The position numbers and the translations under genes were made by a program. A model generated the notes under the pieces. That model saw only the letters and a program-made list of their open reading frames with translations, was not told where the DNA came from and ran no database searches. 64,000 nucleotides of DNA from Cyanophyceae cyanobacterium (GTDB taxonomy: Bacteria > Cyanobacteriota > Cyanobacteriia > Cyanobacteriales > JBHJGN01): contig JBHJGN010000007.1 of assembly GCA_050331735.1 (NCBI GenBank), positions 43,526 through 107,525 of the forward strand. The letters run 5' to 3'. This document shows positions 8,153 to 18,722 of the stretch, in pieces. Position 1 is the first letter of the stretch; each line of letters opens with the position of its first letter.

Positions 8153-10543
8153 CTACTTTCGCAATTTTTGAGGCTCCAGGGCCGCTTTCGGGTAGGAAAT
8201 CCGTTTATGATGGTACTGTTGCCACACGCGAATGAACACATCGGCAATCTTGGGGAGTTCCTCGTACTTGAGCCCGCTGTCTACAAGCTGATGCTCCCGC
8301 CAGCGAGCTTTGAAGATTTTTGTAACCATTGCGAGCGCCTTTTGAGGATCGGCATCGTTGAGCGATCGCAGCGCGGCCTCTGTTCCATCAGCAAGCATCA
8401 CAATGCCGGTTTCCCGCGACTGCGGAATCGGCCCATCGTAGCGAAAATGGTCTTCTGAGACCATTTTGCCCTCCTGCTCGGCTTGATGCTTGGCTTGGAA
8501 ATAGAAATAGGAAATGAGCAGCGTCCCCTGATGTTCGGGAATAAAGCTTTGAATCGCTTTTGGCAGTCCGCAGCGGCGAGCCATGACTAGCCCTTCGGTG
8601 ACGTGCTGTTTAATAATTTGAGCACTGATCCAGGGATCGTTAATGCTGTCGTGCTTGTTAGGTTCGCCCATCTGATTCTCAATAAATCCCAGGGGATCGT
8701 GGAGCTTACCGATGTCGTGGTAAAGCGTTCCTGTTCTGACTAGCTCGACGTTACAGTGCAGCTCGCGGGCAGCCGCTTCAGCCAACGAAGCGACAAACAT
8801 GGTGTGCTGAAATGTTCCCGGTGCCTGCAGTGCGAGTCGCTTGAGCAGCGGGCGATTGGGATTAGCTAGCTCCGCTAAGCGGATCGGCGTTACCAGATCG
8901 AATAAGCTTTCGAGGTACGGAGAAACACCAAGGGCCACAACACTCCAGGCTAATCCCGACAGTCCGTAGACGATAGCCCCTGGCAAAACTACATACCAAA
9001 TGGTTCCGGCTGTGGCGCTGATAATCAGATTGATGACCAGATAAACGCCTCCCTGAACGACCCCAATCGCGCCCCCGAGTAACGCCAGTTCGTCGCGGGA
9101 GCGGAGTTTCCCTGCAATAACGGCGGCGAGCAGTCCGCTGGAAGCTCCGGCTAAGATATATTCCCAGCCGGCGGCTTCGGTACTAAAGAGGGTCAGCCCG
9201 GTCAACAGCAGCACGTGAGTCACGGCGAGGGCGGGAGAGTAAAAGCTGCTCACCAGCAAGCCGAGCGCTGGCAGACTGGTATATTTGATGCCGAGAACGG
9301 CCAGGAGAGGCACTGTGGCACTGAGCAAGCCGAGCAGCAGGCGATCGCGGCAGCGCAGGCGCGGGTGAATGCGCTGCTCTACCAGCCGGAAAATGCCAAT
9401 GGCTCCCATCACTAAAATACTGGTCAAGCCTAGGCCCATCCAGTTAATGCCACGACGACTGAGGCCAAAGCCATCGAGGAGCACAAAATCTTCTTGAGTG
9501 ATCATTTCCCCTTCGTTGACGATGGTTTCTCCCTGCTTAATTGACGCAATCACGGGTTCAACGGTCAGGGCCACCTGTTCAGCACGACGTTTAGTTTCTG
9601 CGGTATCTTCGGTTAAGTTCGGTCTGATTTTACTCACCAGTAATTTGCTGGCCACGGAGCGAGCCGGATGGGGAACGCCTGGGGCAAGCTGGAGCGTCAC
9701 CGTCCTTTCGATGGTGCGAGTGGGTAAGCCAGGGGCAATTCCTTGGGCGAGAATTCTCTCCAGGGCTTGGAAAATACCGAACTTAGTGTTCTGCCAAGCT
9801 TCATCGCTAAGCTGAAGCAGCATGCGCTGCTCTTTGGGTTCTAACCCGTTTTTTTCGATGTTCTGAGTGGCTTGAGCGGACTGAGTTCTTGCTTCAGCGA
9901 GCTTAGCTTTCAGCTCGTTCCAGGCAGCAGGCGAGCTGCGGCGATAGGTCTGTAGCTCTTGGATAGCCTGTTGAGAGCCATCAAACCGCCGAGAGGCGTC
10001 GGTCACGGGCTGGTTGGATTCAACGGCGGCGAGGATGCTTTGCCATTGCCGTTCCCCCCTGAGGCGCAGATACTGCTGCGTTGGCAAAGAAAGCACGTCA
10101 GCATCAACAAGGGAAGAAGCCCCCGTTTTCCTAAGCTGGTCTATTTGCTTGACAACCTGCTGGACCTCTCGCTTGATCTGAGCCGTTGTGTTGCGCTCTT
10201 GCTTCAGCACTGGCACCGTCCCCGTCCGCAGTTCTCGACGTTTTTCGGCGGTGGTTCTCGCATCTTCAAAACTGCCGTCACGAGGAGCTTCCACCCGAAC
10301 GGGAGACAGCGTTCCGACAGAAAGCTGAGGTTGGTTATAGAAGCGATAGCCAATGATACTCGTGAAGGTCATTAAGGCTAAGAGCAGAATGACGAAAGGA
10401 CCATGCCGAATAGCGTTGGCAGAACGAGCGCGGCCTGACTGCTCCGTGGATGTCGTTACGGCAGAGGTCGCCTGTCGCGGCTGGAAACGGACGCCTCGTC
10501 GCCATTTTCTCACTAGTTGGAGCAAAAAATTTAACGTTTTCAT
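8153..10543 (-). CDS. 7TM-HD family phosphohydrolase (PgpH-like cyclic di-nucleotide phosphodiesterase)
   Basis: Extracellular domain, multiple TM helices, 'APGTFQHT', 'LYHDIGK', 'HQGT', 'FRYDGPIPQSRETGIVMLAD'. ATG at 10543 preferred over the upstream start at 10621. Confidence 0.9.
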   Translation of the reverse strand: MKTLNFLLQLVRKWRRGVRFQPRQATSAVTTSTEQSGRARSANAIRHGPFVILLLALMTFTSIIGYRFYNQPQLSVGTLSPVRVEAPRDGSFEDARTTAEKRRELRTGTVPVLKQERNTTAQIKREVQQVVKQIDQLRKTGASSLVDADVLSLPTQQYLRLRGERQWQSILAAVESNQPVTDASRRFDGSQQAIQELQTYRRSSPAAWNELKAKLAEARTQSAQATQNIEKNGLEPKEQRMLLQLSDEAWQNTKFGIFQALERILAQGIAPGLPTRTIERTVTLQLAPGVPHPARSVASKLLVSKIRPNLTEDTAETKRRAEQVALTVEPVIASIKQGETIVNEGEMITQEDFVLLDGFGLSRRGINWMGLGLTSILVMGAIGIFRLVEQRIHPRLRCRDRLLLGLLSATVPLLAVLGIKYTSLPALGLLVSSFYSPALAVTHVLLLTGLTLFSTEAAGWEYILAGASSGLLAAVIAGKLRSRDELALLGGAIGVVQGGVYLVINLIISATAGTIWYVVLPGAIVYGLSGLAWSVVALGVSPYLESLFDLVTPIRLAELANPNRPLLKRLALQAPGTFQHTMFVASLAEAAARELHCNVELVRTGTLYHDIGKLHDPLGFIENQMGEPNKHDSINDPWISAQIIKQHVTEGLVMARRCGLPKAIQSFIPEHQGTLLISYFYFQAKHQAEQEGKMVSEDHFRYDGPIPQSRETGIVMLADGTEAALRSLNDADPQKALAMVTKIFKARWREHQLVDSGLKYEELPKIADVFIRVWQQYHHKRISYPKAALEPQKLRK

Positions 10544-10664
10544 CGCGGGTGAGGAAGCTTGAGGAGCGTGACTAGCGGTTATCAATGAATCAGCAAGACC
10601 GGCAGTTGAGAAACTAAACACTCTAGTTTACTCTTTTTTACTTTAAATCGCTAAATCTCTTGGG

Positions 10665-11516
10665 CTATTCTTCTTGAGACAGAATTTTGAGCGTTGCTCG
10701 TCTTTGAATAGTTTGGGCAGAGGCGATCGCCGCCGTCTCCGAAGCTTCATGAGCGGCATCAACTCCAGACCAAGCGGCAAACAGCCGTTTAGCAAGGGCT
10801 AAACTATTTTGGGTCGCTGGCCGCTGCGCCCCCAGGTATCGCCAGCGGCTCGGAATCCCCCCCAAGCTGTTATAAGTTCCAGCGAGAGACCCAGCTAAAG
10901 CCCTGGTCAGCATCAGGGAACTGCCCGACTTTGAGGCACTGCGCTGAACGCACAGACGAAAATCTTCTGGAGTCGTCAAAAAACAGTCAAGCGCTACCGT
11001 CAGCTCCGCTTCCCTGCTCCGACCAGAGGGACTTTTAACGGACTCACCACCATCGCTGGTGGCGAGCTGCTCTAATAGAGTGTGAGCACCGACATAGCGC
11101 CCGAGCTGTAGCAGTACGCCCTTTCTCAGGACATCCGGCCCTAAACGAGGGTCCAGTTGTTCTCTCAAGATGAGGGCGAGCGTATATCCCCACGTCAGCA
11201 GATCTTCTAAGGAGGCGGATGGACGCAGCCAAACTGCTGCTGCTGCCTCCAGATTGTTTCTCAAGAGCGATAGACTATCGTGAAAATAGAAACATACCGG
11301 GAAGGTGGCCAACGCTGCTTCACTACTGCTAGCAGTATGGGTAGCCTGCAGCAAGGGGGGCTCAGAATGTAGCCAATCAAAGGTCAATCTTTGGGTCGCA
11401 ATTAAGCTTTCTGCTGTAGCCATCCCCACCTGACTCCACAGGAACGGCTCGTTACTCAGTCCGATTTGGCTCCCCAAAAACCCTCCTTGAAAACGGCTCA
11501 AAAGAGAATAACGCAT
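10665..11516 (-). CDS. ADP-ribosylglycohydrolase-like protein (degenerate)
   Basis: N-terminal 'SRFQGGFLGSQIG' and C-terminal 'ALAGSLAGTYNSLGGIPSRW' are typical of the ARH/DraG fold; acidic metal-binding motifs are not evident. Confidence 0.65.
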   Translation of the reverse strand: MRYSLLSRFQGGFLGSQIGLSNEPFLWSQVGMATAESLIATQRLTFDWLHSEPPLLQATHTASSSEAALATFPVCFYFHDSLSLLRNNLEAAAAVWLRPSASLEDLLTWGYTLALILREQLDPRLGPDVLRKGVLLQLGRYVGAHTLLEQLATSDGGESVKSPSGRSREAELTVALDCFLTTPEDFRLCVQRSASKSGSSLMLTRALAGSLAGTYNSLGGIPSRWRYLGAQRPATQNSLALAKRLFAAWSGVDAAHEASETAAIASAQTIQRRATLKILSQEE

Positions 11517-11693
11517 GGTAATCGCCTCAATTTGGTCATCATCCTAGCTTGGCCAGAGTTAACAAATCGTGATGACCACTACTTCTGTGAGTTGAGGATT
11601 GAGGATGCGGCCTGAGCCAATCGTTCAGGGAAGCAGGCCGCTCAACTCCGTAGGGAGGATAAACGGTGACGTTCACAAGCAATGTCTTCCTGG

Positions 11694-12386
11694 TTAAGGT
11701 TCTTGGGACGCTAGCCACTTCTGCCACAAATCCGGGCGACGCTCGCGAGTTCTTTGCTGCTGCTGCTCCCAGCGCCAGCGCTCAATCTCCCGGTGATTGC
11801 CCGACCGCAAAACCGGGGGGACTTCCCATCCTCGAAATACGGCTGGTCTAGTATACTGAGGATAGTCTAGCAGTCCAGCTTCAAAACTTTCCTCTTTGAG
11901 CGATCGCTCCTTCCCCACGGTTCCTGGTAGCAGTCTGACGACTCCGTTAATCAGCGCCAGGGCCGGAATTTCGCCGCAGGTCAGCACAAAGTCTCCCAAA
12001 GAGACTTCGCGGGTAACGACTCTCCGCACTCGCTCATCTACCCCTTCGTAATGCCCGCAGATTAACACAAGCTGACGGAGAGTGACCAACTGTTGGAGTA
12101 AGCCTTGATGAAGAGGTTGACCTTGAGGGGAGAGCAGGATGACCTCCTGTGGAGACAGCATTTCTAACGATTCCACCGCAGCAAAAATTGGCTCCGGCTT
12201 CAGCAGCATCCCCACACCGCCACCGTAGGGTTCGTCATCCACTCGGTTGTGTTTATCCGGCGTAAAATCACGGGGATTTACCAAGTTCACGGAGGCAATT
12301 CCTCTGGCTAACGCTTTACCAAGTAGACCCGAAGAAAGCGGTGAAGCAAAAAAATTGGGAAATAAGGTAATGACATCTATATTCAC
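11694..12386 (-). CDS. trmD: tRNA (guanine37-N1)-methyltransferase
   Basis: 'VDDEPYGGGVGM', 'LICGHYEGVDER', 'SLGDFVLTCGE', 'DYPQYTRP', 'SGNH'. Confidence 0.97.
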   Translation of the reverse strand: MNIDVITLFPNFFASPLSSGLLGKALARGIASVNLVNPRDFTPDKHNRVDDEPYGGGVGMLLKPEPIFAAVESLEMLSPQEVILLSPQGQPLHQGLLQQLVTLRQLVLICGHYEGVDERVRRVVTREVSLGDFVLTCGEIPALALINGVVRLLPGTVGKERSLKEESFEAGLLDYPQYTRPAVFRGWEVPPVLRSGNHREIERWRWEQQQQRTRERRPDLWQKWLASQEP

Positions 12387-12877
12387 AAAGATTTCCGAGG
12401 AAAAGCTAAAAATGTGTTGTAGATTATGTTTTTAATTGTGCAATAATTATGAAAATTTTGAATGCTTGTTCTGTGAAAGTCAACGGTGTCAAGTCAACCG
12501 ACGGCAACTCTTTGCAGTTGCTAATGAATCTCAAAGGATCGCAGTGCTACTAATAGTTACAGAGTCTGCTTTGAGCTTGAGTTGCTGGTAACTAATCCGA
12601 GAAGCCGCTTAACGAGTATTTCTGGGATGGGTGGCGACTGCAAAGAGCTGCTTAATCAACGTTCTGGAGACTCCCGTCCAAGCTCAATGTCAGCTTGTCT
12701 GGGTCGCGATGAAATTTATTCGATGCTCAGCCCCACAACAGGGAATACAGGCGATTCCTCCGGTAAAGAGTTAAGAATGCACCGCTCTCCATTAAAATCT
12801 TAGTCTAGGTGAGGTGGCTATCCGTCGTGAGCATTTCCCCGTCAGCAGTTTGTCTCTCCCTACTTTCAAGCGATATT

Positions 12878-13810
12878 ATGCGGCAATTAGATCCCCAATT
12901 TCAGAAACCTCAAAGTTCCGCCGGAGCACCCTCCAGCGAGGGCGTCGCTGATGTGTCGAACGCCAAATCCCTAACCAGCACGGACATAGAGCGGTTGGAG
13001 CAAGGACAATCCGCTACCGCCATTTTCGTCATTGGCGGAGCGGAAGATAAAGTACACGGACGGGAGATTCTGCACGCCTTTTTTACTCGTTCTGGAGCTG
13101 CTGACGCGACGATTGCCATTATTCCCTCAGCCTCTAGAGAGCCAACAATTATTGGCGATCGCTATCGGCATATTTTTGAGGGCATGGGGGCTAAATACGC
13201 TAAGGTTCTAGATATCCGCGATCGCACTCAGGGGGAGGATCGTTTTTTTCTGGAATACATTGAAGAATGTACCGGAGTCTTCATGACGGGAGGCGACCAG
13301 CTTCGCCTCTGCGGACTGATCGCCGACACTCCCCTCCTGGAGCGAGTCCGTCAGCGGGTGCAGCTCGGCGAAATTACCCTCGCTGGCACTAGTGCCGGAG
13401 CCGCCGTCATGGGGCATCACATGATCGCTGGCGGCAGCAGTGGCGAATCTCCCAATCGGTCTCTGGTGGATATGGCCATCGGTTTAGGCATTATTCCCAA
13501 CGTGATTGTCGATCAGCATTTTCACAACCGTAATCGTCTAGCCCGCTTGCTCAGCGCGATCGCCATGTACCCTCAGTATCTTGGGGTTGGCATTGACGAA
13601 GACACCTGCGCCATCTTCGAGAGAAACGGCTTGATTCGGGTTATGGGACGAGGCAACGTCACCATTATTGACGCTAGAGCCGTTTCCTATACCAACCAGC
13701 CCCAAGTGGAGGCGAGAGAGCCGCTTGCCCTTCATAATTTGCGGATTCATCTGCTATGTCACGGCGATGGCTATCAGCATCAACAATATTTGCCCCTGGC
13801 GGCAGATTAG
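12878..13810 (+). CDS. cphB: Cyanophycinase
   Basis: 'IGGAEDK', 'TGGDQLRL', nucleophile motif 'GTSAGA', 'VDQHF', 'GIDEDT'; lies upstream of cphA. Confidence 0.96.
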   Translation: MRQLDPQFQKPQSSAGAPSSEGVADVSNAKSLTSTDIERLEQGQSATAIFVIGGAEDKVHGREILHAFFTRSGAADATIAIIPSASREPTIIGDRYRHIFEGMGAKYAKVLDIRDRTQGEDRFFLEYIEECTGVFMTGGDQLRLCGLIADTPLLERVRQRVQLGEITLAGTSAGAAVMGHHMIAGGSSGESPNRSLVDMAIGLGIIPNVIVDQHFHNRNRLARLLSAIAMYPQYLGVGIDEDTCAIFERNGLIRVMGRGNVTIIDARAVSYTNQPQVEAREPLALHNLRIHLLCHGDGYQHQQYLPLAAD

Positions 13811-13976
13811 CGAGAAACGCATTAAACTGACAGTGATGTGCTTATCTTTACGAAACAGCAGGGTGATCGCCAGTTTAGCCGCCGTCTCCAAAATCTGTTC
13901 GCCTTGAACAGTTTTGTTGCCGTTTGAAGCGAGACACTAGCAAAGACCTGCTGTCCGAACACCGAGTCCGTGCGCT

Positions 13977-16589
13977 ATGAGAATTCTGAGAACCCAAACT
14001 CTTCGCGGTCCTAATTACTGGAGTATCCGTCGTCACAAGCTGATCCTTATGCGCCTCGACCTAGAGGAGCTTGCTGAGCGGCCTTCTAACGACATTCCGG
14101 GGTTTGCCGAAGGTCTTGTTAAGGTACTGCCTAGTCTAGTTGAGCACTACTGTTCTCCTGGCTATCGCGGCGGTTTTTTGGAGCGGGTGAGAGAAGGCAC
14201 CATGATGGGGCATATCGTTGAGCATGTGGCCCTAGAGCTGCAAGAACTTGTGGGGATGATGGTGGGGTTTGGTCGCACGAGGGAAACAGCGACTCCTGGA
14301 GTGTATAACGTTGTTTACGAGTATGTGGAAGAACAGGCGGGGCGCTATGCGGGAAGAGCAGCCGTCAGGCTCTGTCAGTCGATCGTCGAGAGCGGCTCCT
14401 ACCCCGCAGCGGAACTGAAGCAGGATCTGGCCGATCTCAAGGATCTGTCCGCGAACATGGCTTTAGGGCCCAGTACAGAAACCATTGTCAAAGAAGCGGA
14501 AGTACGCAGCATTCCCTGGCTACAGCTAAGCGCTCGCGCCATGCTTCAGCTTGGCTACGGCGTCCGCGCCAAAAGAGTGCAGGCAACGTTGAGCGATTAC
14601 TCCAGCATTTTGGGCGTTGAGCTGGCCTGCGATAAGGAAGGGACCAAAACCCTCCTCAAAGACGCCGGGATTCCCGTTCCCAGGGGCACGGTGATTCAGT
14701 ATTTCGACGACCTCGAAGCCGCGATTGAAGATGTCGGCAGCTATCCAATCGTGATTAAGCCGCTAGACGGCAATCACGGACGCGGCATTACCATCGATAT
14801 TAGAAGCTGGCAGGAAGCTGAAGCCGCCTATGACCTTGCCAGCAACGCTTCTCGAACTCGCTCTGTGATTGTCGAACGCTACTATCGCGGCAGCGACTAC
14901 CGCGTGTTAGTCATCAATGGCCGGGTGATTGCGGTGGCCGAACGGGTGCCGGCTCACGTCGTTGGGGATGACCGTTCGGCGATCGCTGAACTGATCGAGG
15001 CCACCAACCGCGATCCGAACCGGGGGGAAGGACACGACAACGTGCTCACCAGAATTACCATCGACGAAACGGTGGCGGCTATTCTGGAGCGGCAGGGGTA
15101 TCGGATGGATACGGTTTTGCCCCAAGGAGAAATCGCCTATCTGCGAGCCACGGCCAATTTGAGCACCGGCGGCATTGCCGTAGACCGCACCGATGATATT
15201 CATCCGGAAAATGTTTGGCTAGCGCAGCGAGTCGCCAAAGTCGTTGGACTCGACATTGCCGGGATCGATGTTGTCACTCCCGATATTACGCGACCCCTGC
15301 GGGAAGTAGAGGGCGTGATTGTAGAAGTGAACGCCGCCCCAGGGTTTCGGATGCACGTTGCTCCGAGTCGAGGATTGCCGCGCAACGTCGCCGCTCCAGT
15401 GCTGGATATGCTGTTTCCTCCTGGAACTCCGAGCCGGATTCCGATTATCGCCATTACCGGCACGAATGGAAAAACCACCACGACGCGCCTGGTGGCCCAT
15501 ATCTACCGGCAAACAGGCCAAACCGTCGGCTATACCACGACAGACGGAATCTATATCAACGAGTACGTGGTCGAACGAGGAGACACCACCGGTCCCCAGA
15601 GCGCCCTGGTTATTCTGAAAGACCCGACCGTTGAAGTCGCGGTCCTAGAATCGGCCCGTGGCGGCATTTTGCGCTCAGGACTGGCCTTCGATCGCTGTGA
15701 TATCGGCGTCGTGCTCAACGTCGCGGCAGATCATTTAGGCCTTGGCGATATCGAAACCATAGAACAGATGGCCCGGGTCAAGAGCGTCGTGGCCGAAGCC
15801 GTTGACGCCCAGGGCACCGCTATTCTCAATGCTGACGATCCCCTGGTGGCGGCGATGGCTGGCTCAGTCAAGAGCAAAGTCGCTTATTTTGCCATGAGTC
15901 CCGAGAATCCAGTGATTCAAGACCACCTCCGTCGCGGCGGCTTGGCAGCCGTTTACGAAAACGGCTATCTGTCGATCCTCGAAGGACAGTGGACCCTCCG
16001 TATCGAGCAGGCCGTCAAGCTCCCCGTCACGATCGGTGGCATGGCTCCCTTTATGATTGCCAATGCTCTGGCTGGCAGTTTAGCCGCTTTCGCTCAAGGC
16101 GTAGATATCGAAGCGATCCGTCAGGGTCTTAAAACGTTTCAACCCTCCGCCAGTCAAACGCCGGGACGCATGAATCTCTTCGAGCTAGAGAATTTCCATG
16201 CGCTAGTCGATTATGCTCATAATCCAGCCGGATACGAGGCCGTTGGTGGCTTTGTGCGTAACTGGCAGGGCGAGCGGACGGGAGTGGTCGGGGGACCAGG
16301 CGATCGCCGCGACGACGATTTGATTCTGCTCGGAACCCTAGCGGCTCAGGTTTTTGACCGCATCATTATTAAAGAAGACGACGACAAGCGCGGACGGGAA
16401 CCCGGGGAAGTGGCCGATCTGATTGCCAAAGGCATTTACCGGCAAAATCCTGACTTTTCCTATCAAATCATTCTTGCGGAAACAGAAGCGATCAAAACAG
16501 CATTAGACGGAGCCAGCCAGGATAGCTTAGTCGTCATTTTCCCCGAAAACGTCAGTCGAGCGATCGCTCAAATTAAACAGCACCAGTAG
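13977..16589 (+). CDS. cphA: Cyanophycin synthetase
   Basis: 'LRGPNYWS', ATP-grasp 'KPLDGNHGRG' and 'EVNAAPG', Mur-ligase 'TGTNGKTTT', 'DYAHN'; 870 aa. Confidence 0.97.
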   Translation: MRILRTQTLRGPNYWSIRRHKLILMRLDLEELAERPSNDIPGFAEGLVKVLPSLVEHYCSPGYRGGFLERVREGTMMGHIVEHVALELQELVGMMVGFGRTRETATPGVYNVVYEYVEEQAGRYAGRAAVRLCQSIVESGSYPAAELKQDLADLKDLSANMALGPSTETIVKEAEVRSIPWLQLSARAMLQLGYGVRAKRVQATLSDYSSILGVELACDKEGTKTLLKDAGIPVPRGTVIQYFDDLEAAIEDVGSYPIVIKPLDGNHGRGITIDIRSWQEAEAAYDLASNASRTRSVIVERYYRGSDYRVLVINGRVIAVAERVPAHVVGDDRSAIAELIEATNRDPNRGEGHDNVLTRITIDETVAAILERQGYRMDTVLPQGEIAYLRATANLSTGGIAVDRTDDIHPENVWLAQRVAKVVGLDIAGIDVVTPDITRPLREVEGVIVEVNAAPGFRMHVAPSRGLPRNVAAPVLDMLFPPGTPSRIPIIAITGTNGKTTTTRLVAHIYRQTGQTVGYTTTDGIYINEYVVERGDTTGPQSALVILKDPTVEVAVLESARGGILRSGLAFDRCDIGVVLNVAADHLGLGDIETIEQMARVKSVVAEAVDAQGTAILNADDPLVAAMAGSVKSKVAYFAMSPENPVIQDHLRRGGLAAVYENGYLSILEGQWTLRIEQAVKLPVTIGGMAPFMIANALAGSLAAFAQGVDIEAIRQGLKTFQPSASQTPGRMNLFELENFHALVDYAHNPAGYEAVGGFVRNWQGERTGVVGGPGDRRDDDLILLGTLAAQVFDRIIIKEDDDKRGREPGEVADLIAKGIYRQNPDFSYQIILAETEAIKTALDGASQDSLVVIFPENVSRAIAQIKQHQ

Positions 16590-16669
16590 CTCCTGGAATT
16601 GATGGGAAAGGGTCAGGGAAATGGCTTGGCTTTTGAGCTTAGCGACAACCTCCCTTGACAGCATATCAA

Positions 16670-17824
16670 CTAACTTCTCACCGCTACTGCTTTTGAACTA
16701 CCCACTAACTTTTTACGCAAGTACTCCCTGAGAGGATTTTCGATCTTGAAGCAGGTAATACTGGCAAGCAGGAGCGAGAGCAGCATGAAACTCAATAAAC
16801 CGAGCCAAAGCTGTAGTTGACTAAGACCAGACCAGAAATACTGTCCGTTGCTAACCACGCTTGCTGAACCCATAAAGATGACAATAATTCCGTGAATCAT
16901 ATACAAAGAATAGGAAATTTCTCCTAGAAATTGGCATGGTTTGAGATTTAAAACTTTTCTACATCTACCTTTATTCAGTGCTGCCGCTAGCAGGAGAAGA
17001 GCAAAACAAGGCAGAACCCATATATCGTTTTTTCCTGATGTGAATATGAGCGCTAAGCACAAAAAACTTAATAAAAAAGCGGAATCTTTCGCCAGCAAAA
17101 ATTTCAGCCATTTTCTGTCATAGATATGATAAAGGGCTATTCCAGCCAAGAATTCTAGTAAACAACGATAAAAACCGTATTCATGAGTTAAGGCTAAACT
17201 CTTTTGTGAAGATACCAGTATTAAAGCGTATAGCCCTGCCCATGTTGCTCTTAAGGTCCAAACAACTTTTTTAAAGCTACCTTCGTGAAGGATTAATAAA
17301 AAAACAGGGAATAGCAAGTAGGTATAAAATTCTGCGCCAATAGACCAAGAAACAAAATTCCAACCGCTGCTGTCGTGTAATCCCATAGCGTTAAGCAATA
17401 AGAGATTACTAACAAGCTTTTTAAAAGAAAAATAACCAGTGAAAAAATAATCAGGCTCAACAAAAAAAATAATGCCTTGGTAAGCTACCAAAATCAATAG
17501 AGTAAAAATATGAAGCGGGTAGATCCGAATGAAGCGGAGTTTAATAAATTTCCAGTAGCTGCGCCAGCTTATGGTTCTACTTGTTCCCTTATATAGGCTG
17601 TTTCGATAAACGTGGAAGATAACAAAGCCGCTGAGTAAAAAGAAGAAATCTACCCACAGGTATCCTTTGAGGGCTATTCTTTCAAATAGCTGAGGCTGGA
17701 AACTGTTTTGGACTTGAGGCGTACTTACCGCTGTATGAACATAATGATGCATCACAACGAATAGAGCGGCGAACCCTCGTAGGGGTGTTAATGAAGAAAT
17801 ATAAAAGGTGTTTTTCGGATACAT
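16670..17824 (-). CDS. Acyltransferase family 3 (OafA-like membrane O-acyltransferase)
   Basis: 'LTPLRGFAALFVVMHH', 'VDFFFLLSGFVI', 'RFIRIYP', 'WSIGAEFYTY', 'GEISYSLYMIH', 'IENP'. ATG at 17824 is preceded by TGGTATAAC; the upstream ORF extension is repeat DNA. Confidence 0.9.
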   Translation of the reverse strand: MYPKNTFYISSLTPLRGFAALFVVMHHYVHTAVSTPQVQNSFQPQLFERIALKGYLWVDFFFLLSGFVIFHVYRNSLYKGTSRTISWRSYWKFIKLRFIRIYPLHIFTLLILVAYQGIIFFVEPDYFFTGYFSFKKLVSNLLLLNAMGLHDSSGWNFVSWSIGAEFYTYLLFPVFLLILHEGSFKKVVWTLRATWAGLYALILVSSQKSLALTHEYGFYRCLLEFLAGIALYHIYDRKWLKFLLAKDSAFLLSFLCLALIFTSGKNDIWVLPCFALLLLAAALNKGRCRKVLNLKPCQFLGEISYSLYMIHGIIVIFMGSASVVSNGQYFWSGLSQLQLWLGLLSFMLLSLLLASITCFKIENPLREYLRKKLVGSSKAVAVRS

Positions 17825-17887
17825 CAACTTCAGGTTATACCATTTACCGAAAGTAGTCAGATAGTTCCCAAACGAACCAACAATTGG

Positions 17888-17948
17888 AGGTTCAAGGGGA
17901 AAGAACTGCTGTGCTTCCCTTTCCCCTTTACCCCTTGCCCTTTCCCCC
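17888..17948. repeat. STRR-like G/A-rich heptamer tract with inverted arm
   Basis: aaggggaaag ... ttcccct ttcccct ttacccc ttgccct ttcccc. Confidence 0.6.
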
Positions 17949-18227
17949 AACTCATCAAGTCTCCTATTACTTTTTCTAATTGGTATTAGTTCCCGTAACT
18001 CAAGGTAAGCAATAAGCACAGTCCAGGAACAGAGCAACAAAACTATCTTCTTTGCTGATCGCTTATGCTAGCCTGTATCTGATTCAGATCTATTTAATTG
18101 CCGCATGCCTCGTCGAAAGCGTCTGTTTTACGGGGTTTTTACTCTGTAACTCCAAATTCTTTCAGAGATTATAGCTAAAAGCCTGTCTTACGCTGTAACA
18201 AATGCTAAAAATTAAGTCATATTACTT

Positions 18228-18722
18228 TCAGACTCTTTTTCGATCGTTCATGCTTGTTTCTTGAGCCTGGGTGCTGATGTCAAGGCGAATCTGAGCCCGA
18301 ACCCGCATGAGGATTTTTCCAAGTTCATTAGCGCCTGTGCCTTCCTGACCGCAGCCCCAGTAATAATCAGTGGGTGAATTTTCGACAATGATTTCCTCGC
18401 CAGTGGCGAGTAAAATCGCTTGAATATCGTGGTGGGTCAAAAACTTAGCTAGCACTCCTTGCCACATTACGGCTTTCTTAACTTGCTCCCAATCAGAGCG
18501 AACTTGTCGATGGCAGTCGCGCCCTAGCGCTGCCGCCTGCTCTGGCGTTTCTGCCTGTTGAATCAGTTTAATGAGGGCTTCATCAGGAGAGCCAACAAAT
18601 TTCTGGGCCTGATAGTAATGTTCCACCGTGGCCCACCAACAGCCCACGCATTCGACAGGATGGGAAGAGAAATTAGAAAAGCAGCCATAGGGAGCGTCGA
18701 TTTTATAAAAAAAAATGGTCAT
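18228..18722 (-). CDS. NADAR (YbiA/DUF1768) family protein
   Basis: 'FSNFS', 'TVEHYYQAQKF', 'DWEQVK', 'LLATG'-like, 'ENSPTDYYWGCG', 'NELGKILMRVR'. Confidence 0.92.
   Translation of the reverse strand: MTIFFYKIDAPYGCFSNFSSHPVECVGCWWATVEHYYQAQKFVGSPDEALIKLIQQAETPEQAAALGRDCHRQVRSDWEQVKKAVMWQGVLAKFLTHHDIQAILLATGEEIIVENSPTDYYWGCGQEGTGANELGKILMRVRAQIRLDISTQAQETSMNDRKRV

Noticed and set aside
11589..11648. SRP RNA (ffs)
   Set aside because: TCAGG...GAAGCAG is suggestive, but the conserved TCAGG-N-CCGGAAGG-N-AGCAGC helix is absent.
17825..18040. 72-aa N-terminal extension of the acyltransferase
   Set aside because: It translates through a heptamer repeat tract and the likely promoter.
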